A stretch of 64,000 nt of DNA from Methanocellales archaeon (lineage in GTDB: Archaea > Halobacteriota > UBA148 > JAUWXC01), in the NCBI GenBank assembly GCA_030610945.1, contig JAUWQV010000002.1:28633-92632 (forward strand), in the 5' to 3' direction. The notes below the pieces were generated by a model. It was given only the letters and a program-made list of their open reading frames with translations, was not told the origin of the DNA and searched no databases. Below are positions 52,498-61,014 of the stretch, in pieces. A program made the position numbers and the translations under genes. Every line of letters begins with the position of its first letter. The stretch's first letter is position 1.

Positions 52498-54096
52498 ATG
52501 TATGATAAGATGGACCAATTAGAGACTATAATCGATAACGGGGAAAAAGAGAACGTAGAGTTCAAGGAATTCCTGAAAGAAGACGTGCATCTAAAGGATG
52601 ATAGGCGCCAAGGCTTAGCCTGCCAGATGAAACACAGACTGATTATGGGGCACGGCACAGCCATATATGTACTCGGCGTAACTGATGGCGGGTCGCTAAA
52701 TGGCATCTCGCGCCCTACGCTTGAGGAATCGTTATCCGTTTTAAACTGCATCGCCATAGAGGCGGGTGCAAAAGTCGCCGATTGCAAGGAATATACGGTT
52801 GATGGAGGATATGTCGCTCTTGCTACCATCAAGAGCCAGGTTGCGGCTAAAGAGCACATACTGGTTGGCACAGCAGGACATGTAGACCATGGAAAGAGCA
52901 CGCTGATAGCCTCTTTGGTCACCGGGATGCAGGACGACGGCTCTGGCAAGACCAGGATATTTATGGATGTGCTTCCGCACGAAATCGAGAGGGGGTTGTC
53001 TGCGGATTTGTCCTATGGAGTATACGGCTTCTGCTCGGGCAAGACGATCAGGCTGAAGAATCCGCTGAGCAAGAAGGAAAAAGCAGGCGTCGTTGAATCT
53101 GCTGAAAAGCTAATTTCGTTTGTGGATACCGTTGGACATGAGCCGTGGCTAAGGACGACCATAAGGGGAATCGTCGGCCAGAAACTGGACTATGGGCTGA
53201 TTGTGGTGGCGGCTGATGATGGCGTGACGCATGTTACGAGAGAGCATCTGGGAATCTTGCTTGCCATGGACCTGCCCACGATCGTTGCCATTACTAAAAT
53301 TGATAGGGCAAACAAAGAGAGAGTAGCAGAGGTGGAAAGGCATATCTCAGATGTGCTGAAAACGGTCGGACGAATACCCTTGCGCATAAGGTCCAAATCC
53401 GATTTGCACATCCTCTCTAACAAATTGAACAAGTTGAGTGAGGGTATAATCGTGCCTGTCATAAGGACATCTGCCGTTACAAAGGAGGGTTTCGACATAT
53501 TCGACCAGTTGCTGTTCCAGTTACCCAAACGGAATGCAGAGAATGCAAAACCGTTCCAGATGTATATAGATAAGGCATACCAGGTATCAGGCGTCGGAAC
53601 GGTCGTGAGCGGTTCGATTAAACAAGGGGAGGTAAAAGTAGGCGACCAGTTGCAACTTGGTCCGACCTCAGATGGAGAGGCTATCTCTGTCAAGGCCCAA
53701 TCCATCGAGATGCATTACTATAGAATCGACAAAGCCAGTGCGGGAGATATTGTGGGGATTGCACTCAAGGGTATTTCGCCAAAGGATATCAGAAGGGGCA
53801 TGGTGCTTTGTGCTGACGATCTCAAAGCAGTTAGAGAATTCGAGGCAGAAATCCTGATATTGAATCATCCCACATGCATAAAGTGCGGCTATGAACCGGT
53901 TGTCCACATGGAAACCATAGCAGAGGCGGCCACATTCAAGCAGCTGGACCGCGATTACATGATGGCAGGGCAAACCGGACTGGTGAGAATGCGATTCAAG
54001 TTCTGTCCCTACCATGTACATGAAGGGCAGAAGTTCATCTTCAGAGAGGGCAAGAGCAAGGGGATTGGGCGCGTTGTAAGGGTTTTTGGATCATGA
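52498..54096 (+). CDS. GTPBP1-family translational GTPase
   Basis: GHVDHGKST, DTVGHE, TKID, EF-Tu-like beta barrels, FREGKSKGIG. Confidence 0.93.
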   Translation: MYDKMDQLETIIDNGEKENVEFKEFLKEDVHLKDDRRQGLACQMKHRLIMGHGTAIYVLGVTDGGSLNGISRPTLEESLSVLNCIAIEAGAKVADCKEYTVDGGYVALATIKSQVAAKEHILVGTAGHVDHGKSTLIASLVTGMQDDGSGKTRIFMDVLPHEIERGLSADLSYGVYGFCSGKTIRLKNPLSKKEKAGVVESAEKLISFVDTVGHEPWLRTTIRGIVGQKLDYGLIVVAADDGVTHVTREHLGILLAMDLPTIVAITKIDRANKERVAEVERHISDVLKTVGRIPLRIRSKSDLHILSNKLNKLSEGIIVPVIRTSAVTKEGFDIFDQLLFQLPKRNAENAKPFQMYIDKAYQVSGVGTVVSGSIKQGEVKVGDQLQLGPTSDGEAISVKAQSIEMHYYRIDKASAGDIVGIALKGISPKDIRRGMVLCADDLKAVREFEAEILILNHPTCIKCGYEPVVHMETIAEAATFKQLDRDYMMAGQTGLVRMRFKFCPYHVHEGQKFIFREGKSKGIGRVVRVFGS

Positions 54097-55032
54097 TAGC
54101 CCATACGACTTCATCAAAATATCCGCATTTAACCTGCCGAAGCGGTATTCTTTACCAGAGTTAATCTCCTTTACGCGCACCTTCGCTGGCGCAAAGACGT
54201 TGGGGTCTATTTTGTAAAAGTCGCCGCCGGCATCCCTCAGGATATCGCAGAACGACCTTCCGTAATCCCTAGAGCATTCTGATGGCAACTGTTCGAATAC
54301 ATCATCAAATTCATCCACGGTTAAAACGACCGAGCCATAGTAGATTATGCTGTCATTGGCGGCGCCCATGATAGCCATTTCATCATCCTTCACGGGTGCA
54401 ATCGGGGCAGCGCCGGAGGCATTCAAGATTTTGGTCGTATCATATCCAAGTTCATCCAGTTTATGCAGCGCCGTTTCCACGACCCTGCCAGAGATCTGAA
54501 TCGAGCCGACCAGCGACGAAACTGGCGCAACCAATGCGATTAAATTTTCCGCCTTTATTCCACAATCCTCTGCGATATCCTCCATCACGTGCTCATCTGG
54601 CAATTTGCTGGCTTCCAGAGCAATGACGCCGTACTTACAATCATCTTTGTAGTGGATACACTCAAAAACATCTCTCGGTTTTCTGGCAAGTGCCCTCGCA
54701 GGTCCAGACCCCATCGCAACGTAATCGCCAATCTCGATTTTCCAGCCGGCTTTTTGAGAGCCCAAGCAGGCGATTGCAGCGTGTTCTGTCGCAACGTCGA
54801 TAAATGAAAACGTTTTGCCTTTGATGGTACCATTTCGTATCGCAACTTCCCCTAATCCGCCCATGCATGCTTCTATGAACAAAATTCCTGCATCGCAACT
54901 GCCAGGCGCGTTGACGCCGCAGTCTATCACCATCGAGTTATTGGGAAGTTTGTGCACTCCAATCCTCAACTCATCTGCGCGAGCCAGCATTTTCTCCACA
55001 ATTTTAAACGCACGCTCATTCACACTTATCAT
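54091..55032 (-). CDS. mch: Methenyl-H4MPT cyclohydrolase
   Basis: CMGGLG, SQKAGW, MGSGPARALA, GRVVETALHK, DFYKIDP. Confidence 0.96.
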   Translation of the reverse strand: MISVNERAFKIVEKMLARADELRIGVHKLPNNSMVIDCGVNAPGSCDAGILFIEACMGGLGEVAIRNGTIKGKTFSFIDVATEHAAIACLGSQKAGWKIEIGDYVAMGSGPARALARKPRDVFECIHYKDDCKYGVIALEASKLPDEHVMEDIAEDCGIKAENLIALVAPVSSLVGSIQISGRVVETALHKLDELGYDTTKILNASGAAPIAPVKDDEMAIMGAANDSIIYYGSVVLTVDEFDDVFEQLPSECSRDYGRSFCDILRDAGGDFYKIDPNVFAPAKVRVKEINSGKEYRFGRLNADILMKSYGLS

Positions 55033-55036
55033 GGCA

Positions 55037-55663
55037 TCATTCCAGAATCGCGCTCACGTTATCCCAGTCATGCTCGTATATGTGCGCTGAGATACTATGA
55101 CTCGTTATAGTTCCGGGTTTTGCACCAATGCGCTTTGCCACATATTCTAACAACTTTGCCAGCGCATACCAGTTGTTGGGCGCAGCGCCATAGAAATCGT
55201 GCGACCTGAATACCGTAGTAAGATTTAACGAATCCCTGAGCTTAAAATCGACCAGCATCATGCACGGCACTTCGTTTGACGTCGTGTCCTTCGAAGGCAT
55301 CCAAGTAATACATATCACCCTTCTGGAATTCGGCACCTCCTTGAGCTTGCGCACCGCATACTCAATCTGGTCTATTCCGTTCCAGTCGCGCAGTCTCTGC
55401 CCGTACGTGTACGTAAAGTCCTGAACGTTTTTGCCTGTAACGAATTGCTTGGCGTATTCATCCAGCCGCTCTTCGTTCCAGGGGCTGTCCTTCGGAATCA
55501 TGTCCTTATACGGGTTCTTGATGACGATGACCAGATTCAGCAGCTCTTTGGTCTTGCTGCCCCTCTCGTCCTTCAGCATGTCTCCGTGATACCATATTAA
55601 ATCCAAGCCGCGATACCACCCATCGCTGATTGTAGATGCCCTTATAAACCTTCCAACCGTCAT
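55037..55663 (-). CDS. thyA: Thymidylate synthase (archaeal ThyA type)
   Basis: FTYTYGQRL, DQIE, SRR, VPCM, FRSHD, SAHIY; ATG 55663 overlaps the upstream stop. Confidence 0.93.
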   Translation of the reverse strand: MTVGRFIRASTISDGWYRGLDLIWYHGDMLKDERGSKTKELLNLVIVIKNPYKDMIPKDSPWNEERLDEYAKQFVTGKNVQDFTYTYGQRLRDWNGIDQIEYAVRKLKEVPNSRRVICITWMPSKDTTSNEVPCMMLVDFKLRDSLNLTTVFRSHDFYGAAPNNWYALAKLLEYVAKRIGAKPGTITSHSISAHIYEHDWDNVSAILE

Positions 55664-56583
55664 TTTATCTCCTTCTCCACATTTTTTGCCGCCTTCACCA
55701 TATTGGATAACTTTGCAAACGCTGCCTCTCGCGTCAAATTTCTCAGTCCGCAATCAGGGTCAATCCATATATTGTCAGCATCTAACTTTTCAACCGCTTT
55801 CCATATTCTTTTTTCTATTACCTCGATTGGCTCAACTTTGGCATCGTTTGAGTCAACGCATCCATATCCAACTTTAATTCCATGCGCTTCGATTGCTTCG
55901 CGCTCTATAGCGCCAAGATTATCCACCCTCGTAAACTCGTGGTCCAACACACTTACATTTAACTCAAGGAGTTTTTGGAATATGTCGCGTACATCACCAC
56001 ACACGTGAACAACAGGCGTCTTTACGCCTTCTATCATTTTGTTCACGGCCTGTATTCCGGTTTCCAGGTCCACTCCAACCGAGAAAACCGGCTCATCAAC
56101 CTGAATGACTTCCGCTCCTGCTTTTATCAGCGCCCGCATCTCCATTGCCTGCGCATCAGCAATATCATAAATCAGCTCCGGGTCATCGTTGGACTTATAA
56201 GGTGCCCCTTCGTTGACAACACTGGCATACGCCAGTGTAGACGGTCCCGTGACAATGCCCTTCACCTCGCGTTTCGCAATGTCCCTTGCAAAAATATAAT
56301 CATCTACAGTCGTTGGCTTTTCTGGAGGTGTAATCCTGTCCACTATAATCGGGCGCCCAGCCCGGACCTTAAATCCTGGAATATTTCTTGCAAACAGCGT
56401 GACAAAATCAGCCCTGACCTGTCCATCTGAAACCAACTGGATGCCTGCATTGACCTGATCTTTCACTGCCCCTTCTATTGCTGACCTGAATGGGTCTCTT
56501 TCGCCCTTTATCAATGCATAGACGTCACCGATATCTGGCTTGGCAGGATAGCTCCCTACAACCGTTGTGACAAAACTTGTCAT
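55660..56583 (-). CDS. Core (folate-independent, MesA-like) methionine synthase
   Basis: VVGSYP, DGQVR, QVDEP, zinc ligands HVC / DHEF / PDCG; about 307 aa, C-terminal MetE domain only. Confidence 0.9.
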   Translation of the reverse strand: MTSFVTTVVGSYPAKPDIGDVYALIKGERDPFRSAIEGAVKDQVNAGIQLVSDGQVRADFVTLFARNIPGFKVRAGRPIIVDRITPPEKPTTVDDYIFARDIAKREVKGIVTGPSTLAYASVVNEGAPYKSNDDPELIYDIADAQAMEMRALIKAGAEVIQVDEPVFSVGVDLETGIQAVNKMIEGVKTPVVHVCGDVRDIFQKLLELNVSVLDHEFTRVDNLGAIEREAIEAHGIKVGYGCVDSNDAKVEPIEVIEKRIWKAVEKLDADNIWIDPDCGLRNLTREAAFAKLSNMVKAAKNVEKEIK

Positions 56584-57920
56584 ATGCGTTGCATCCTCCT
56601 TCTTGCATCCATAATACATTTGCCACCTGCCACACCACCCAGAGGATTCTTCGGCGTGCCCAAAGAATGCAGGCATCTGGCAAGCACGGCAGCCCCCCTC
56701 GCCAATCCATCATCTACGAAGACCAATTCCCGATCGCCCAGTTTTTCTTGAATCAGTGCCGGTTTTGTACCGGTAATTGCCCCCCTGCCCGTGAGCCCGA
56801 TAGCACCATCCAATCCATGATTCCACGTAACTTCCAAGAGTTTCTTCACCAACTCTGCAGCAGTTAAATCTATCAGTCCCATAACCTTTGTTTTGCCACC
56901 TTCCTTTAGTAGCTCGGTACTGATCTTGCTTAATTCATTCAAACGACTTCCATTTTCTCCGACATCCACCCCTATTAAGACAACACCTGATTCCTTCAAT
57001 CCCTTGTGATTTACTGGAACGGTGCCGAATCTCCTTTCAGTGGCCACCCTCTTGATTTTGATCAGTTTCATCGCATCTGCCACGTAACTCTCTGGCACGT
57101 TAGTATCCGAAGTACCGGTTAACTGGAGCGCTGTCTCCGTGACAGGTTGAGCCAGTGCATCGAATATCGCACCTGCCAGTCCACAATAACTTCCAACCAC
57201 ATTCGCATACGGTAATTTGCCATCCGTTATCCTGCCCGATAAAGTCGTTCCAAAATCGAGTCCAACACATGGATTTCTAAAATCGATGGAAGTCCACTTA
57301 GCGCCTTCTTTAATCCCTGCCAAAACCAACTCACCCTCCATCTCATTTGCCACGATTGGCGTCTTGATACAACTCACGCTGGCGACCGTATTATCAAAAA
57401 TCACAGCATCCATAAATGAATGTCTTTGTAATGCCGTAGGCAAATTTGACTTGTTCATGGCACCGGTCATCTTGCGCGGTGGGATTCCTGCCGCTAGACA
57501 GCCATCGGCTAGCGCTTTAATAATTCCACCCACCTCTTCTGGCGTTTCAAACCCTGCTACCACTCCGGTTGACCGCACAACAAAATCCAGGTCGTCAACG
57601 CTAATCTTTGCCTTAGTCAGGGACCGAAGTAGGGTCTTTTTGGTTGCTTCTGCCACCGCTTCGCGAGATAATGGCTGGCCCCTCACTGTCAGCCCGAATA
57701 CATATTCATCATCTTTTGGTGGGCGAATAGTCGCTGTTAATTCCACGGTTTTATCCAGAAAATAGGTTCGCCCCTCTTTTAGGTCGGTAGCAGTCAGTAT
57801 ACATTTGGTCGTCGTGTTACCGAGCTCGATGGATGCGACTACATATACACTATCTTTCAGCGCAAATGATGCGTCCACGAACTTGCTTTTTGCGATCTCC
57901 ACCAATTTTCGCCCCACCAT
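56580..57920 (-). CDS. Methanogenesis marker protein 14 (ASKHA-type ATPase fold)
   Basis: VASIELGNTTTKCILTAT, FVVRSTGVVAG, ANEMEGEL, DFRNPC..LDFGTTL, DDGLARGAA, LGTPKNPLGG. Confidence 0.88.
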   Translation of the reverse strand: MVGRKLVEIAKSKFVDASFALKDSVYVVASIELGNTTTKCILTATDLKEGRTYFLDKTVELTATIRPPKDDEYVFGLTVRGQPLSREAVAEATKKTLLRSLTKAKISVDDLDFVVRSTGVVAGFETPEEVGGIIKALADGCLAAGIPPRKMTGAMNKSNLPTALQRHSFMDAVIFDNTVASVSCIKTPIVANEMEGELVLAGIKEGAKWTSIDFRNPCVGLDFGTTLSGRITDGKLPYANVVGSYCGLAGAIFDALAQPVTETALQLTGTSDTNVPESYVADAMKLIKIKRVATERRFGTVPVNHKGLKESGVVLIGVDVGENGSRLNELSKISTELLKEGGKTKVMGLIDLTAAELVKKLLEVTWNHGLDGAIGLTGRGAITGTKPALIQEKLGDRELVFVDDGLARGAAVLARCLHSLGTPKNPLGGVAGGKCIMDARRRMQRI

Positions 57921-58041
57921 ACAAAACAATACTATGATTGATTATACTTAATGCCCTCTTATGTTAGCCTTTATAAAACTTGTAAGGTTCATACAAAATC
58001 GGTAAATTTAAGATATTCCCAATATAAACACTCAATTAATT

Positions 58042-58167
58042 ATGGATTCCTATATGCCCCAATTGTATGACCTTGAGTCCCAAAAAGAGGAAGCACTCAG
58101 GAAACTGAAAAAGGAGTTGGGTGAGTGGATGGCAGCTGAATATTACACACCTCACCAAGCCTCCTGA
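58042..58167 (+). CDS. Small hypothetical protein (41 aa)
   Basis: Hand translation MDSYMPQLYDLESQKEEALRKLKKELGEWMAAEYYTPHQAS; follows an AT-rich promoter-like region. Confidence 0.45.
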   Translation: MDSYMPQLYDLESQKEEALRKLKKELGEWMAAEYYTPHQAS

Positions 58168-58179
58168 TTAGAGGTATGA

Positions 58180-58335
58180 ATGTTTGAAATCGCAGGAATA
58201 TGTGCTATCTGTGGAAGTGTTGCGAAAAAAATGCGCACATGCTCCCTGTGCGGGAATATTGTCTGCAGCAATTGTATTTCAGAAGGAGTTTGCGTAATTT
58301 GTGCGCGAAAGCGCTCTTTCAAATCACTGGAGTGA
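58180..58335 (+). CDS. Small protein with four CxxC motifs (51 aa, zinc-finger-like)
   Basis: Hand translation MFEIAGICAICGSVAKKMRTCSLCGNIVCSNCISEGVCVICARKRSFKSLE; GAGGT SD. Confidence 0.8.
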   Translation: MFEIAGICAICGSVAKKMRTCSLCGNIVCSNCISEGVCVICARKRSFKSLE

Positions 58336-58344
58336 TGCTGGCAC

Positions 58345-59382
58345 TCATTCTTTGGTTTCCATCGCTGCAAAATACTTGGAAGAGATTACATTCTTTATCG
58401 ATTCGAACAGCAGTGCCTTAGATTTTGTGGCATCTTTCTCCCCTTGAAGAACGGTTTCGAACACACCCAGTGGTATTTCAACAGAGGCATATACCGGCGT
58501 CCCCCTGGCGTCTCCCCATACGCCAAATACCTTCTCTAACATATTTCTCATATTGGCCTCGATATTTTCGGATTTTGCATAAATATAGATGCTCGTCTTG
58601 CCAATCGCAAATGTCAGCACCGTTAAAATGCCCTCTAAGTCCAGCAAATAATCACAGACCGTTGACAATGTACTTGGATCTTTTGCATATCCCACACTCG
58701 TCACGAGATGCGTATCCTTTATCATCCTATTTTTGATGGCTTCCGCCAAATCTGCAAATGTCTCTGATTTTACGGATGGATGCTCCAATCTCGTTAACAA
58801 ACCTATATCTGCATCAGGAAAAATCTGGAGGTATGCCTTTAGGTCAAATTCATACAGGTTGGTTATTAAGCCCCTCGTCGCACCTCTAATCGCATATAAA
58901 AGTTGAGCAGCTAGCTGTTTGTCAACTGTGATGTTAAGTCGCATTAAGTACTCAATGAGTATACTTGATGTCGTTCCCACATCAGACCTGATGTCCTTTA
59001 ATTCTGCTTTTATATCCCGGGTATCGCCCCCATAATGTGTGATTATAATTGAAGGTGGACGCGTGATATGTTTCAACTGGCTTGGTACAGCACCTACAAA
59101 AGCCAGTTTCATACCGTTGATGTCGGCGGCGCTCTGAAGTACGTTGAGGTCCTCCTCCATTAAATTAAAGAGGGTTTTGTTCTGAATGTCTCCCCTATAA
59201 AATATCTTGGCGCCTGTGTGGAAGTGTTCTGCTATGCTCTTGAGTGCCAAAGCGCTGGCCAGAGAATCTGGTGAAGGGTCGTCGCATATGACGATGGCTA
59301 ATCCTTTGTCTTCGCAGGATTGTATCAGCTTCTTCAGTTTCCTGGTAAGCATCTTTTTACTTATGCTGGGAATGTTTACCAC
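58345..59382 (-). CDS. DHH/DHHA1-family phosphoesterase homologue with degenerate active site
   Basis: Overall pattern PSPDSLASALAL, DIRSDVGTTSSIL, LLYAI matches DHH proteins; catalytic residues replaced. Confidence 0.75.
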   Translation of the reverse strand: MVNIPSISKKMLTRKLKKLIQSCEDKGLAIVICDDPSPDSLASALALKSIAEHFHTGAKIFYRGDIQNKTLFNLMEEDLNVLQSAADINGMKLAFVGAVPSQLKHITRPPSIIITHYGGDTRDIKAELKDIRSDVGTTSSILIEYLMRLNITVDKQLAAQLLYAIRGATRGLITNLYEFDLKAYLQIFPDADIGLLTRLEHPSVKSETFADLAEAIKNRMIKDTHLVTSVGYAKDPSTLSTVCDYLLDLEGILTVLTFAIGKTSIYIYAKSENIEANMRNMLEKVFGVWGDARGTPVYASVEIPLGVFETVLQGEKDATKSKALLFESIKNVISSKYFAAMETKE

Positions 59383-59430
59383 CTTGGAATATCTTGTAAC
59401 TCATATGGCCTTAAATATGTAACGCGCAAT

Positions 59431-60363
59431 TCATACCAACTTGTTTATTGGATGGTCTTCTCCTGGGATGACGTCAAAATCTGCTACCGCCTCGGCTATC
59501 ATGATGTCAGTCATTGCAGCCATTGGAAATACATACGGCGCGTTCTCAATTGGGCCATATAAAATAAAGTCGCCAGCAGCCATCTGCTGCAATCCTATCG
59601 AGCCAACATCGCATGCTTTGAAGATTAGGTCATTCTCTTTCTTCTTGTTTTTCAGCCAATTCCAAGAGGAAGGAGCGTTGTGAATCCCTGAGCCGGCAGG
59701 GAAGCCCCACTTGGCCTTCGCCACCAATGTCATTCTCAGCGCAATGCCAGCACCGTTGCCCATCGGCGTGATGCTTGGGTCTATCAAAATTTTCGAGATC
59801 CCACAATCCTCTGCAATCTGGAGCAATCCCTTCTCGGTGACGCTGGCACCATTTTCCAGGAGAGCGATGCGCCCCTCCAAGGACGAATCCATCGCGTTAA
59901 AGCCCATGACAATCGATGCATCTACATCTGAATGTGTTAATGCCTCAATTTCATCATCGGTGATGCCCATGTTAATCGAGTTGTTGATCGCCCTGTCTGC
60001 AAGTCCCACTTCTGTTGCATGCTTTACCCCTTCCATTCTAACACGCGCTTCCGTCGAATCAATCAGGAAGGGGGCCTCCGTAATCTCGCTGACAAAGTCG
60101 ATGTACTTTTTAATACCAACCTCGCTGGACCCGAAAATGTGAACCATGGAAGGATTTCCTGTTTCGTCTGCACAAGAAGATTGTTTATTGATGAGGATTT
60201 CTGCCTTCTTTTTATTGAAGAGACCTTTACTCTCATCTTCGACGATCTTATGATTGGGATAAAATATAGTGCCAGCCAAGACAGTGGCTAGCTCACCTGG
60301 TTGGCCGCCAATTTTCACCCCTGCAATATTTACTATTTTCTGCTCTGTTTGAAACCTGAACAT
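59431..60363 (-). CDS. mtrH: Methyl-H4MPT methyltransferase subunit H (MtrH/MtxH)
   Basis: MFRFQTEQ, GGQPGE, LAGTIFY, PFLIDS, GSGIHN, GDFILYGPIENA. Confidence 0.94.
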   Translation of the reverse strand: MFRFQTEQKIVNIAGVKIGGQPGELATVLAGTIFYPNHKIVEDESKGLFNKKKAEILINKQSSCADETGNPSMVHIFGSSEVGIKKYIDFVSEITEAPFLIDSTEARVRMEGVKHATEVGLADRAINNSINMGITDDEIEALTHSDVDASIVMGFNAMDSSLEGRIALLENGASVTEKGLLQIAEDCGISKILIDPSITPMGNGAGIALRMTLVAKAKWGFPAGSGIHNAPSSWNWLKNKKKENDLIFKACDVGSIGLQQMAAGDFILYGPIENAPYVFPMAAMTDIMIAEAVADFDVIPGEDHPINKLV

Positions 60364-60372
60364 TATGGTACC

Positions 60373-60957
60373 TCACGCAATGATGCCGCTACTGGTATCC
60401 AATGATACATCCTTTGATATCACGACATCTCCTGTGCCGTTTATCTCCAATCTCTCCCTTTTCCTCTTCTTTTTCCCTGCCTGAACGACCATGGGGGGCT
60501 CTGAAAATACATTGCCCTTGTTGTGATATTCTTCTATAATCTGTAATATCTTCCCCTTGTCAGTTTCACCAGTTCTATCAATGAGCTGGACCTGGGCTTG
60601 AAACCTTTTAACGACAGCCTCAGAGATATTCTCAATGAAGGGGATTGCCCCTTCTGAACCAATAATTCTTCCGTTGCCATCGATACCATTAGCGTGAATT
60701 GCCCTTAACGTATTGCCACTCATATGCCCTCTGGATTCTTCCCCGCAAACCAATATAAACCGTATGTTTGGATTTGACACTACATTTGCCATGATTTTTT
60801 CTATTCCAAGATTCTCGGTATGGCAGGGGCCAATGAGAGCAACTTTCTTCATGTACTCTGATGCAAGCTCAAAATGGCTTGCAAGCGTAACCACGCAAAT
60901 TCTGGATTTGCCATTTCCAACTTGATAATCGCCCTTCACAACTGGCCAATCACTCAT
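60373..60957 (-). CDS. mtrA: Corrinoid protein MtrA/MtxA, soluble (no membrane anchor)
   Basis: WPVVKGDY, VTLASH, TENLGIEK, SNPNIRF, RGHMSG (His corrinoid ligand), GAIPFIEN; no hydrophobic C-terminal helix. Confidence 0.92.
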   Translation of the reverse strand: MSDWPVVKGDYQVGNGKSRICVVTLASHFELASEYMKKVALIGPCHTENLGIEKIMANVVSNPNIRFILVCGEESRGHMSGNTLRAIHANGIDGNGRIIGSEGAIPFIENISEAVVKRFQAQVQLIDRTGETDKGKILQIIEEYHNKGNVFSEPPMVVQAGKKKRKRERLEINGTGDVVISKDVSLDTSSGIIA

Positions 60958-61014
60958 GCAACTCATTATGATGACGAACCTTAATTTACTTATGGATTGC
61001 GTACCGTATATGCA

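Noticed and set aside
54091..60957. Evidence that the organism is a methanogen
   Set aside because: mch, mtrA/H and marker 14 alone do not show this; no mcr or membrane mtr subunits are in the window.
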